From contig OZ024740.1 in the NCBI GenBank assembly GCA_964016885.1, positions 119,102,001 to 119,166,000 on the forward strand: a stretch of 64,000 nt of DNA, in the 5' to 3' direction. This DNA is from Eledone cirrhosa. Its lineage: Eukaryota. Below, piece by piece: positions 27,279 to 40,843 of the stretch (its first letter is position 1; every line of letters starts with the position of its first letter). The translations under genes and the position numbers were made by a program. The notes under the pieces are model-generated. The model had not been told where the DNA came from. It did not search any database and was given only the letters and a program-made list of their open reading frames with translations.

Positions 27279-27476
27279 TAAAATAACAGATTAAAGTTTA
27301 AGAAAAGAATCGCTGCTTTCACCCTTAACGTTGAGGGTGAAAGCAGCGATTCTTTGCTTAAACTTTAATCTGTTATTTTAATAAATATTTGCTCTACGGT
27401 TCTTATATATTTGATATATATTTATCCTTATCAAGCCCTCTTTGGATTTTAGTCTTCAAATTTATTATTATTACTA
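27271..27476. repeat. Near-perfect palindrome (27271-27388) at the start of a pLTR-like repeat end
   Basis: Centre aacgtt at 27327-27332. Related rearranged sequence at 33465-33578. Confidence 0.85.
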
Positions 27477-27480
27477 TATA

Positions 27481-27690
27481 TATAAGGAAAAAAGATGAAA
27501 TCGAAAATGCAACTGGAGTCTTTTTTTTTTAAATATATATTTATTTGGTTCCTTTAAAGGAACCAAATAAATATATATTTAAAAAAAAAAGACTCCAGCT
27601 GCATTTTCGATTTCATCTTTTTTCCTTATACTTTCACTCGTGTAGGACACCTCGTTTTTTTTTCATTTTGTAAAAAAACGTCACTTTCTA
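27481..27690. repeat. Palindrome (27481-27630) made of the pLTR 3' end seen at 53796-53937
   Basis: Centre cctttaaagg at 27551-27560. Right arm is colinear with 53796-53937. Confidence 0.9.
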
Positions 27691-27725
27691 ATAAATATAA
27701 ATAAATATATATATATATATATATA

Positions 27726-28012
27726 AGGTTGTGAGTTCAATTCTCAGACTTCGTGATGTGTTGTTTCCTTGAGCAAGACATTTTATTTCACGTTGCTCCA
27801 GTTTACTCAGCTGTAAAAATGAGATGATAGGACTGGGGTCTCTATCATTCCACTGCAAAGTGTTCGTGGAGGTGCCGCAGCAAAAAAGCACCCAGCACTC
27901 ACTGTAAATGAGGTTGGTGTTAGGAAGGGAATCCAGCTGTAGAAATCAAGCCAGAATCAGTTCCCGTCCAACCTTTGCAAGCAGGGAAAAGGGGACGTAA
28001 AATGATGATGAT
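27726..28012 (+). mobile_element. SINE family B: tRNA head, CORE-like centre, RTE-derived tail
   Basis: gagttcaattc; ccttgagcaagaca...cagctgtaaaaatg; tail matches RTE UTR 1555-1826. Confidence 0.82.
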
Positions 28013-28823
28013 ATATATATTTATATATGTATATAGACATGAAGTTCAAGTCAACAGGTTAAAGTTAAAATTAACTTCATTTATTCATTTTGGTGATAAC
28101 TGTTATGCAACAGGTATGACCTCATCAGACAACTAGAATTTGAATAGGATAAACAGAAAAACATAAAGAAGGAATAATGCTTAATTCTGTTGATTCAATT
28201 CATTGACATCTTCCGGGCTGAAATTTGGTGTTGCTTTCTCAAGGCATTTATGCACACAACAAAGCATACATTAGAACATGTAAGATAAACTTAATATAGA
28301 TATTACTACAGTTTTAAAATGTAATCAGCACTCTGAGAAGGAATGGGTGTAAATCATCATCATCAACATTTAACATTCTTGTGAGGATTGACATCTCACT
28401 TGCATATGTTCCTCCACTCTACAGAGTGATATAAATGTATTTTATCATGACAAAACCGATAGGGAAGTTCCTGCATTTGGTACAATTGAAGGGCCCTCTC
28501 AGGACAAGAGGGGAAGATGAAGAATGATAAATATGGTGTCATGTATACATACTAAGAGATGGCATCTGACAAGGTGATGAGTAGGAGTGGAGGTGATTAA
28601 ACTCAAATAGTGTGGATTTACTGTTATGATAATCAATGGTGTGCAATAGTGGAGGTGATATTATCCAAGCAGGAATAGGTGGCTTTAGTATAGTGTGGAT
28701 AGGTCAGTTTGTCATATTTATGAATAGTCAGAAGTGGTTTCTAACATGTGATCAAAAGCCCTTAGCAATATTGGTAGTACCTTCGAAATTCTGAAATTAA
28801 ATAACAATATTTTCTATTTTGTG

Positions 28824-28970
28824 AAGGCATGTGGCTTAATAGTTAGAGAATTTGATTTGCAATCATGAGGTTGCGAGTTCAATTATTGGACTGGGTGATG
28901 CGCTGTGCCCTTGAGCAAGACATTTTATTTCATGTTGTTCTTTTTGCCAGCAGTTGCAGCTGGTAGATAG
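28824..28970 (+). mobile_element. SINE family B, 5' part
   Basis: tggcttaatagttaga, gagttcaatt, cccttgagcaagacattttatttca. Confidence 0.7.
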
Positions 28971-31359
28971 TAACAGCAATGGGATGGCCAATGGAAACAT
29001 TGTTTCCTTTGTCTAATTTGATGAGGTCCACCCCACTCGACATGTGAATGAGGTCTGGGATCTTGTTGATCGATCAAAGCTAGATTTTCTACTTCCTGTT
29101 TCTCTCGGCGGTGGTGGAATGAGAGATCTTCCATTTTAAAGCCACTCCTAGTTTATTGGATGTTACTGTGTGGTGTAGCCCAATCAAATATTTTCCTATC
29201 TAAGAATATATAGGAGACTATAATTTTAAAATGTTTAACACATTGCAATGTTAAAACTCAACAGCCATTAGATGAACAGGCAAACCTAATGGAATACATG
29301 TTTACCAGGAATTCATAATGAACATCATTTTTAGCCCAGTTAACACATAGCTCTCTTCCCATGAAAATCTAAAAGAAAGGTATGTTCAAAAAAAGGTATG
29401 CATCTCAATGAATCAAAGTAATATCCATGTAAGATCACGATAGATAAACTACAAAAACACATATCATACAAATCGTATTGTGTATTCTTTTTTCATTGTA
29501 CATTCACCACAATATAAATACACACACACACACATATATATATGTCTATACATACATACATATATGTGTGTGTGTATAAACACATATGTGTGTCTGTGTT
29601 GGAGAGTGTAGAAAAGAAGCAAGTATATTGACAGAATGGAGCTTTCCTATTCAGTAAATGATTATATACATGTTTGTGCATGCGTACGTCTTGGCGTGTA
29701 CTTACCTTTATATACATATATATAAACACATATACTCTTATGTGTTTCTATACGTAATCGTATCATGTTTATGAGTGGTTACTGCAATAAGATTTTAATG
29801 CTCAAGCATAAGACATGGTCGAGCGAATCAGTTTTAATCCAACAAAATCAAGAATATATATCAGAAGAACAGTTTTAGAACACAGATTTCCCCATATTTA
29901 TCTGTAATAGTTTCCTACTGGACAAGTCATTAAATGTGGAAAAGTGCCAAATTGGATGAGATGTACTTAATGGGGCATATAGGAACTTGGGTGTCATGAT
30001 TAACGTTTATGACGCACTGTGCTGGCAAATATCTGCCTGTATTTGCCAATCAGTTTCAATGCTCCTGTGTTTATCAAACTACCACCTCACTATCTGTAAC
30101 TCAGTACTCACACACACATATATATATATTATAATAATTGTGTATATATATATATATTGTAAAGAGTTAATGCCCAACGGCTGAGCTCTAGCTGTTTCAA
30201 TGGGGAATGTCTAACAATCTCTTTCTCTCTCTATATATATATATATATATTTATGTATGTATGTATATATGGATGTAACTCCGATATAAAACCTGCGGCT
30301 CTGTAGTTACTGATGATGTTGATCTTTTCTTCTTTTCGGGTTATAGCTACTGTCGCTCAGAGAGTGGGATTGGCTCAGTGCACAGTCTTTCCTCACTTTA
30401 AAAAATATCTTCACGTACAGGCATTGCACGATAGAATTAATTAATAATTATTAATAGTAGTATATCATGCAATGGCGACCATACTCGATAACGAGGGGAC
30501 AGCCATCATGCATGTATGTATATATGTATTCATGTATATATACACACATATATATATATATCAAAATAAATTTAAATAAATTATCAAAATAAATTAACGG
30601 AGTCATAGATCTGCATTAGTCCCTGTAAATTATGTGCTCAAAGGAAAGAGAATCCTGGGCTCTTCAAATATAATATGTAGAAAAGATAACACACGAGAGA
30701 TAGAGAGTGTGTGTTTATCATTGTACAGGGAAAACGACCAGTGTATGGAATCTATAAACTACGAAAGGTGAGGTAGACGCATAATAATTAAAAGAAAAAA
30801 AATATATATATATATATAGAGAGAGAGATAGAGAGAGACGTAGAGGAAGGTAAAATCCTGACCATGACACCTAGTGGTTTTGGCTTATATTTGGTAAGCT
30901 TTTCCATGGGTTTTTACCTTCTTCTTTACCAACTTTGGTTCTTCTCATGCATATAGTACTCCCTTGATTTTTGGTCGCCCCAGTCTCAGCACCCAGTTTC
31001 AGGTTCGTGATCTGGGTTGGCATTCAAGACCAGACTCAAAGTCTGCCTGATTCTCAGACCAGTGTTAACACAACAAAAATCACATCAAATCTGTGGACGA
31101 ACCAGCCGGACACAAACAAGCATATCGAATGACAAATCACGTGCCTAGAATTCAACAGACACATGTATCCTGAGCATTACAAGAAAAAAAGCTTATAAAC
31201 AAACACAAAAATAACAGATATAAATCTCTTATGTAACAAAAAATCTCCCATGTAACACCTCCACTTTGTTCTTATTATATACCCTCTGCTCTGCATTGAG
31301 TACTGACCTTGGTTCTCTCACCAGTTTTCTTCGGAATTACTGAGCCTTCTACAACATAT

Positions 31360-31470
31360 ATATAACCTTCATAATTCTGATAGGTTTTGGCCTAGGATAT
31401 TTCTAACTTAAATGCTGGCAAGCATGGCATCCGACCCTCTACCGATAATGTCAATCCACCACCCTTGGCA
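31360..31470 (-). mobile_element. SINE family A head, decayed
   Basis: catggcatccgaccctctaccgataatgtcaatccacc. Confidence 0.65.
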
Positions 31471-31510
31471 TAATGAATAACGGCATATTATGGTGTTTCA
31501 TAGTATATAT

Positions 31511-31544
<34 letters not shown>

Positions 31545-31554
31545 TGTGTGTGTC

Positions 31555-31607
<53 letters not shown>

Positions 31608-31629
31608 ATATATATATATATATATATAG

Positions 31630-32307
31630 AAGGATTTAAATGGATACAGTTCAGTTAAAAGGAATTTATTGACACGTGTTTCAATAACAGTTACATGACC
31701 TGAAAACAGCTACTATCTACAAAGTATTAGTTATGCAGACATTCAATATTTCAATGTTATTATCAACTGTCATTTCATCAGAATCATTTTATTGAGAACC
31801 TGTTTGGTTTTTATAGAGAATATTAGGAGGGAGTTGTTAGAAGAATAGTTAAGGGAGTGGTTTTTTTATAGCAGTGAGCATTTTTGGTGGCAGTGAGTAA
31901 TTAGATTCCCATCTGTTGTTTTGACATTTTTATAGAATATATTGTTTGGCGTTGGTTATTTTTCTAAATCTATAGAAGGATTAGAGATAGTATAGATATG
32001 CATGGTTGGTTTTGTGTTTGCACTTAATTAACATTCAGACTTAAATTTTTCTTTCAAGTGTAAGTATCCTTTCGCCCACACATTCACACACAGACATATA
32101 GCACACCTCTACAAAATACATATACTCACATACACATACTTACATGCTCATAGTTACATACATATATACATGCACATATATATATATACATATATATACA
32201 TATATATATGTACATACATACGCATTCATGTGTATACATTTTCATACTCAACTTATCTTTATATACACACGTATTGACGCACACATATATACATACATAC
32301 TCCTGTC

Positions 32308-32356
<49 letters not shown>

Positions 32357-33025
32357 ACTTTAATACATGAATACACATACATCTAACTATACACATCCTA
32401 CATATATATATATTTACTTATTTATATACATTTTCACATATATATACATACATATGGTCGCTTTTAGATACATTCATTATAGCATATTCGCACCTATTCT
32501 CATCAGCATATCTGTCCATTATTAGTGTGGTAATTTAAGGTTATTAATATACATATATATGTTGAGAAGAGATTGTTTTTATATTTTTCTAACTAGATTG
32601 AGGTTTATATAGTTGGGGGGATGTCCCTCTTTTATGTAATATTCAGCTTGTAGTGGGAAAAAAGGGTTTTAGTTCGGTGACGGCAGAATAATGTTCGTTC
32701 AATTCTGTTATTAAGCAATTTCTTCTTGTGTGTGATTATGTAATAAATCGCAAGATTACACAATTTGCAGAAATTTTGGCTCCTGGAAAAGCTTTGGGTT
32801 TTAGCTAATTTCTCCCATTTTAGGGTAAACTTTTGATCGCTATCCCTGAGCGTCCAAGCTTTTTCTGCTAAAGTTGTTATATTTCTTTGGCTCTGGTGTT
32901 TTATTGAGTAAGAATGCCTATATAATTTCCGGATTACTTTTGAAACTACAACTGGAACCGTTGAGCAAACTCTACGTGAGCTGTCCATCTACTGTGTGTA
33001 ATATTCATATTACAACACTACGGAA
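31630..33025 (-). mobile_element. Naiad-like PLE 3' fragment: GIY-YIG C-terminus, UTR and pLTR
   Basis: 32632-32988 reads TTLAEKAW...LKWEKL...CKLC...LLNNRIE..FCRH. Same-strand HHR downstream. Confidence 0.78.
31668..31784 (-). ncRNA. Hammerhead with a large stem II insertion
   Basis: ATT-CTGATGA-AATGACAGTT[about 70 nt]AACTGTTATT-GAA-ACACGTGT-C-AAT. Confidence 0.72.
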
Positions 33026-33032
33026 AATACTG

Positions 33033-33101
<69 letters not shown>

Positions 33102-33103
<2 letters not shown>

Positions 33104-33357
33104 TAATAAATGAAAAATATCATAATCAAAATATATATTTTATTATATATATTTCAAAGGCACAATGGTGTTTAAGTACGTTTTCATCAGATAAAATATA
33201 TAATAGATTGGATATGCGATATACCGCTACGGTTTTGATTATTCAATTGCAATAGTAGAACTATTGATGAAAACGTACTTAAACACCATTGTACCTTTGA
33301 AATATGTATAATAAAATATATATTTTGATTATGAGAATATTTTTAATTTATTAATAT
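33102..33357. repeat. Short head-to-head inverted pLTR
   Basis: 33102-33189 is inverted relative to 33265-33357. Confidence 0.85.
33138..33196 (-). ncRNA. Hammerhead motif; truncated + strand copy at 33261-33316
   Basis: TTTTAT-CTGATGA-(imperfect stem II)-GAAA-TATATAT-A-ATAAAA. Confidence 0.62.
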
Positions 33358-33570
33358 TTTGAATAATATTAAATACTCCAGAAATATTTTACTGTCGAGT
33401 GCTTCTAATCTATTGTAAAAGTGTATTCGTTGAATAATCACCGAACTATATAAACTTTGGTTATATATATAGTAATAATAATAAATGTGAAGACTAAAAT
33501 CCGAAGAGGGTTCAATAAGAATATTATATATAAATAATATTCTTTGCTTAAACTTTAATCTGTTATTTTG

Positions 33571-33660
<90 letters not shown>

Positions 33661-33909
33661 CGTTTCTGAATTTGTATATAATTTGTAATATATATATATA
33701 TATCTTTAAGTCGTTTGGAAGCCTCGACAATGCAAATGGGTAAATCTCCGGGTAACAAGGTCCGGTGGTGGAGAGAGATGTAAGTGGGTGTACGTTGAGA
33801 TGCGTGGTGTGTATAAGATGTGTGAGATGTGTAGAATGAAGGGAAGAGTATAAAGGATAAAATAAAAATAACAACACAAGAGAGAATTACCTTGGGAGAG
33901 ATTTAATAG

Positions 33910-33946
33910 TCCCTATATATTTCGGATTCACATCCATCAACTGGGG
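33910..33946 (-). ncRNA. Degenerate hammerhead motif
   Basis: CCC-CAGTTGA-T-GGAT(GTGA)ATCC-GAAA-TATAT-A-GGG; core mutated. Confidence 0.45.
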
Positions 33947-33992
33947 TTTTTCCGGGGTGGGGGAAAAGGTTGTCTGTCGGACATATATATAT

Positions 33993-35145
33993 ACAAGTTA
34001 ATATAAATTAATATATGATAAACACATAAGTGTTTGTATTGTAAAAGACGAAGTTAGCTAGAATGAAATAAACTAATTCAAATAAATATAGTTTGCCTGT
34101 CTCGATTTAAAATAATAAATCAATAAAAACAAACCCATATTGGCAATAACCGTGATACCTGGACAAATTTAAATTTCAAAATCCAAACCTGTTCCGCAGA
34201 CAAATTTGAATTTCAAAACCCAAATAAGTTTCGCAACGATAGTATAAAAAAAGTGAAAGATTCCATTTTCTGTGTTCATCAACAGGTATCCAGAAAATTA
34301 GGATGTTTCACCTCGAAATATTTTTGGAGGTCTGGTGTACAAGCGCAAACGCACGTGGTTTTGTCCAGGTATCACGGTTATTGCCAATATGGGTTTGTTT
34401 TTATTGATTTATTATTTTAAATCGAGACAGGCAAACTATATTTATTTGAATTAGTTTATTTCATTCTAGCTAACTTCGTCTTTTACAATACAAACACTTA
34501 TGTGTTTATCATATATTAATTTATATTAACTTGTATTTCACGGCTCAGAAATGCTTCTTTCTTTGAGCTAATTAATTGTAAAGGACTGTTTGAGTTTATT
34601 ACTCTAAATATAATATAATATTACGGCTCCTTTTGTTGAGCTAATTTTTAATCCCATATAAACGGCTGTTATTTCTAGCGCCATGAATATGTGATAGCTA
34701 GTGACCTGGAAAACCACGAGCGTTTGCACTTGTACACCAGACCTCCAAAAATATTTCGAGGTGAAACATCCTAATTTTCTGGATACCTGTTGATGAACAC
34801 AGAAAATGGAATCTTTCACTTTTTTTATATTATTTGGGTTTTGAAATTCAAATTTGTCTGCGGAACAGGTTTGGATTTTGAAATTTAAATTTGTCCAGGT
34901 ATCACGGTTATTGCCAATATGGGTTTGTTTTTATTGATTTATTATTTTAAATCGAGACAGGCAAACTATATTTATTTGAATTAGTTTATTTCATTCTAGC
35001 TAACTTCGTCTTTTACAATACAAACACTTATGTGTTTATCATATATTAATTTATATTAACTTGTATTTCACGGCTCAGAAATGCTTCTTTCTTTGAGCTA
35101 ATTAATTGTAAAGGAGTGTTTGAGTTTATAACTCTAAATATAATA
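33993..35145. repeat. Unclassified repeat of about 520 bp present as inverted, partial and full copies
   Basis: 33993-34360 inverted vs about 34713-35066; 34361-34620 direct vs 34891-35150; homolog at 50247-50808. Confidence 0.85.
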
Positions 35146-38100
35146 TAATATATATATATATATATTGCCAACCGTCCATACATTTCCCTTCCCATGAACT
35201 ATATACCACATGATGCATGTCCCTTTCAAAAACATTAGTGGTAGTGGTCACTAGAAATTTCGCCTAATATGAGACAGTTCCTTCAAGAACCCATTCCCCT
35301 AGCTTGATATGATATATTATTAAAATATCTGTTTAGCTTTGAATCTGCAGTTGGGACCACAAAGTATTCGAGGCAATTTTTTATCTTATTTAAGGTGTAT
35401 GTATGTATGTATTAGGTAATAGCTGATGATTCGCTGCATTATTACTGAGAGTACTCCTCTATAGGCAGTTGGTAAGACAGCTTCAGAATTTATCTTGACT
35501 GGACCTGATCAACTGCACATCTTGGAGAACAGGATGTCATTCACTTTGATATATAGATATGGGAAAAAGATGCATAGAATAGTGTTTAGGGACATGCGGC
35601 TTATGAAGATAATGTAATATGTTCGACTCACATTGGTGAATTGAATTAAAACCTTGCTGATGAGAGCTACTAGCCACAATTTGTTGATTATTGTTTTATG
35701 ATTATCAGATTCCATCTTTTGTGCAAAACAGTACTGTACAAAGCAAATACAAGGACATATATTTTCTGGCAACTTTCTGTATTAAACAATGAAGATACTG
35801 ATCATTTCAACTGATGGAAATTGTGAGTACTTTTTCATACATTATGCTGTTGAATTATTGACTTACCTCTACTTCAATGCAAGGGTTCATGGCTGGGACT
35901 ATTGCCATACATTTCATCCTCTGCGTATGCTACAAATTGATTTTTTTTAGCAAATTGTAAGCAAGGAGATCAAAACCCTAATTATATTGGTGAAACTGGT
36001 GCTAGTTTAGGTAATAATCCACATTTGTTTCATGCTTTTACTGCATGGCTTGATTGCCAATTATTTAACCTTAGCTATATTAATTATTGTTGGTGATCAC
36101 ACTTAATTTGTGGGATATATGAATGATTTTGATGTCTTTATTGGATGATTTGATGAACATTAAGTTGTTTGTAGTGATGAATTTGTTCAATATTTGTCCT
36201 CTCACTATCGGATTCCATAGAAATATACTTTGCAACTGATTACCCTAGTTAGCACCGAGTAGGACAGTGTATGGCATGATGTTGCATAGCCATACATTAC
36301 GTGAAGCACTTAGTGTTACTGTAATTTCATTAACCTATTAATATATATATATAAATTCATAAGTAGAGAAAGCAAACAAGATGAAAAGTACCTAATTCCC
36401 TTTGAGGATCCAACAGTAGTTTTGCTGTGTAAGAAGCAACTTGGATATTGTAATAATTGAGATATCACAGCTGATCAGGAGACATTCTCAATTCAAGAAA
36501 ACATTTTAAAATTGACCATTGCTGGTGATAATTTCAATGGATATCACGTGATAGGTGGACGATTGGCAAGTAACAGGATCACTAGTTAAAGCAGTCTGTT
36601 CCAGCCTAATTTTTTACTTGACCATAAGGGAGTGCAGAACAAAATTATTAGGATATATATATATATATATATATACATACGTGTGTATATATATATATAT
36701 GTGTGTGTGTGTATTATACAGTACATAATACGTTGAAAAATATAAATATGATACAAGCCAGAAAAAGTGAATGAAACTGCATACAACAGGCAAACTACAT
36801 GTGCTGCATGACCACATTAGTCTTATTCTAAATAAAATCTGAATGAATTAAACTCTTTAAATAGTAGTTAGACATGCTTTAACGGATTACCTATTGATAT
36901 TTACATTCCCATGTATCACATATGGACCGTCATTTAATCACCAGCAGACAGGCAGCTCCAGGACAAGCACAGTCCAATATCACATTAAAATTCTTCTGTT
37001 TATGACTGAAGCAAAACCTAAAATATGAATAATAATGAATTATAATATAAACGGTTAAGATTTTTAAGACAGATTTAAATACACACACCCTCACACCCAT
37101 ATATATTAGCTCTTTTTCACTAGATAGAGCGCTTCTTTCCTTTTCTTTTACCATGGATAATTTTACTGCATATGTATATATATATATATGTATGTATTTA
37201 TATTGCAATATATTGCACAAGCATTGCATATGACAGAAAACTCTTCCTCCGGATAGAATTTGCTAATAATATGCCACAAAAATTGTGTTTGCATAATTTC
37301 CTAAGTATCTGCCTCAAACAATCATATTAGTAAGATATTAGCAGTAGAATAACAACAAATATAATATATTTTAGTATTTTTTCCAGTAAATATCTCTGGA
37401 GAAAATTTGAATTCTTAAAAATTATCATAGAGATATTCATTTTAAGTACATTGAAACATCAAATGATTAAATCTATTTAAATTTCACACCACCAGAAATA
37501 GCAATTATTATTACTTATATAAAATATTTAAAAAATTAAGAATAATGTTTTTTCAACAGTGTCGTTAAGTAATTTAGAAAGTTGTTTTTAAGGAAGTCTC
37601 TCGAGAGAAATAACAAATTGATAGCATACACTCCAATGTGCATCGTCTTTCTTTTCCAAACAATTTGATTACTCATATTACTGGAGTTATCTCTTTGTTG
37701 CCTTTAGTTTAAATATTGAGAGGGAGTTTTTGTTATGTAATTGCATGGATAGTTTTAGTTAATAGCAGTTAATAGAAATATATCCTAAAAAACAGGAAGC
37801 ATTGGGACTAATAAGATCACCGCCATTATAGATAACACACACAGACCACAAACGCCACTCTTTAACATCATTCACATCTTTTAAGAATCCTTCAAATCCT
37901 AAAATCATTTTAACATTAAAAAGCTCTCTAATTAACATCAAGAATGCCACCTAAGCTAAACCTTCCCTCCTTCCTCCCCTCCCACTCTTCAGTATTGTAC
38001 ATATCTCTGTGTATTAGCTCTAAATCTATATAATTTTCCAAATATTTTTCAAAACTTCTTGTGTTGAAAACAAGTTTCTCTATCTTTCTCTATAAAGTCA

Positions 38101-38292
38101 TCTAAGTTAGCTCCTTTAGATAATATTACATGCTTTAGGAAAGAGTAATCTGGCCCTTTGTAGCTTCCTATTTTGTAAAAGAGAGGGGAAAGAATTTTTC
38201 AACTGTTTTTCTCTCTCAAACAAATCACAGTTCCAAGATGTAATATTCCGCATTTCCTCAAAGAATACAAAGCTATTCAAATGCACGAACTT

Positions 38293-38600
38293 CATCATGA
38301 TCATCATCATTTTACGTCCGCTTTTCCCTGTTTGCAAGGTTGGGATGGGAACTGATTCTGGCTTGATTTTTACAGCTGGATGCCCTTCCTAACAACAACC
38401 TCATTTACAGTGAGTGTTGAGGGCTCTTTTATTTTGCCGTGGCACCTACACAACCTCTTTGTAGTGGAATGATAGGGACTATCTACAGCTGAGTAAACTG
38501 GAGCAATGTGAAATAAAGTGTCTTGCTCAAGGAAACACACACATCACCCGGTCTGAAAGTTGAACTCACAACCTTTCGATTGCAAGCCATGTGCCTCCAT
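38293..38600 (-). mobile_element. SINE family B
   Basis: Reverse-complement homolog of 27726-28012. Confidence 0.82.
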
Positions 38601-39870
38601 TGTATAATATTCAAAGTTGATGATTACCATGCATGAGACTATGTAACTCATGAAAATATCAATTCATAAACAGATAAGTAATCTTCATTTATTCTTAAAA
38701 ACGATTTCAGTTAACTTTTGATGTTCTTATATGAATATTATTGTTTCCAATGTAGTCACAATGACACAAGTTATAAATATATTGTCGCAAGGCACATGTA
38801 AGTTAAGTCAATCCCAGAGACATTTGAACAGAGAACGGGGAGATTTAATTCCTACCAATGCACTGCAATGTTCTTATAGAAGTATTATGATGCAAAATTA
38901 AATGCGTAAATAATTGAGGTGTTATCAGTAATATAACAATGATTTTCCACACTATTCAAGTCATCTTTACACATGAAAAAAAAACTTATATCATACCAGT
39001 TATTTCATTTCTCCATGTATACATGGCAGCAGCTTGGAATGAAGTTCAGAGCTTGTATCATTAAATGAAGGTGTAAACCTATAGTGAAAATAATAGCTCT
39101 GAGTTCAAACTGAAGCCTGTATTATGGACACATGCAGGAATAAGAGATCTGATGATGATCACAGATCAAACTTATTGTAATGTAGTGTAGATATACACAC
39201 TGATATATTTCTCATCTCTTCTGATGTAGTTAATTAATCAGAAAAATTATAGATGCATTATAATGTTTTGTGGCATTTGTTTTATGAAACAGCATAAAAG
39301 TTTGTTGTTTTTTTTATTTGGATTGTGTTGTCAGGCTACTAACTGAAACCATTATGTATAATAAAAATTAAAATAGGAACAACTAAAGCTAGAAAGATTG
39401 AAGTAAAGTATTATCAGTGAAATACGTTTTGTAGATGGTTGTTTCCTTTTCGTCCAGTTCCATTAGTATGGTAACTGTAGCTAGAATTTTACTTCCTAAT
39501 CACTTATCTATCTACAAATGAATGATACTATTCTACTATTATCACCCACATTGTTCCCTTTCTCTACATAAGTCAACTTCTTATTTTCTTTGCTAACCAA
39601 AGTGCTGCTAATACCTAGGGGGTCATATATCGATTTTGTATTACATCATATTCAAATAGCTGATGTAAATGACAAACTTAAAGTAACTCATAAAAATTTA
39701 CCTTTGGATTGTTATAACAAAATACTTGCAATTACGGAAATTCAATGCACTTTTTCGTTACGTCATGTTTCGTTAAGCTTTACATGATCAACCAAAGATA
39801 CTGACTACTAAATATATAGTTCTTTAACAATGCCCCTTTATGCACAGCTATCTCTCTCTCTCTCTATATA

Positions 39871-39941
<71 letters not shown>

Positions 39942-39982
39942 CGAAACATAAGTCAATTGCATGAACTCATAATCCTTCATTT

Positions 39983-40038
39983 ACTGCTATATATATTTCG
40001 ATGATAGCCATTGAATGGCTATGACCTCATCAGGCAGT
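39983..40038 (-). ncRNA. Minimal hammerhead ribozyme
   Basis: ACTGC-CTGATGA-GGTcATAGCCA(TTCAA)TGGCTATcATC-GAAA-TATATAT-A-GCAGT. Confidence 0.8.
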
Positions 40039-40097
40039 TAGTCAGTTCTTAGATATGCCAGCTCTGTGTGTATAGTGTTGATGGTATCAGAGCCTTG

Positions 40098-40142
<45 letters not shown>

Positions 40143-40147
40143 TTGTA

Positions 40148-40690
40148 ACACACACGCATTTTTTATTATTTAATTTGTTTGGCACACCCCACCACGTGAA
40201 ATGGTGGCAGGACAGATGCCAACCTACACACACAAATTCTTCTGAACATAGCAGCAGTACACTAAAGCTGACCTGCCAGCTAAACTGTTAACACCACTAC
40301 CGACACAATGGAGGAGGTCAGCTGTACTTAAACAAAAACAACTACAACAGATTGTCTTGCCTCAGAAAAATTTCTATAGACTTTTGACTGAGGAATGTTC
40401 TCACAACCGACCAATGGGATGCGAGCGTGTTCTATGACGCCGAAATTCGTGTGTTCTACCTCATATGTTTCCAGTTTCTCATAGAAATAACATCACAACC
40501 AGGAGCTGGACATATCGATGTATTGACGGAGTAAAACACTTCGACAACATGTGTACCTGTCTTTCCCACACCAATTCGGACTGCCTGAAGAGGTCACAGC
40601 CAATGATGGCTGGCCCCGAAATATATATAGCAGTATATCTATAATTTATAATAAACGAAGCCAAATTTTACATATTTGACTTAATTATTT
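40148..40690 (+). repeat. PLE pLTR, homologous to 57576-58086
   Basis: Colinear high-identity match; contains an HHR. Confidence 0.88.
40580..40634 (+). ncRNA. Minimal hammerhead ribozyme
   Basis: ACTGC-CTGAAGA-GG..CAGCCA(ATGA)TGGCTG..CC-GAAA-TATATAT-A-GCAGT. Confidence 0.8.
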
Positions 40691-40843
40691 TACATTATTC
40701 CGGAGTAAACAAACCAGCCTGTGTACTTCGTCGAGTGCTCCAATTTGCATACTAAGTTGACGGTAAACAACCAACATATACCCATAATTTATCTAGCTCC
40801 ACCACGTATTGAACGCTTGAAACAGTAGCGGACTTAAGTCGCA

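Noticed and set aside
28925-29205. Possible host exon
   Set aside because: Short open frames on both strands with no identifiable homology; needs RNA-seq or BLASTX.
30305-30360. ctgatga as a hammerhead core
   Set aside because: No stem II or GAAA partner found.
35400-36320. Possible decayed coding element
   Set aside because: No motif I could recognise.
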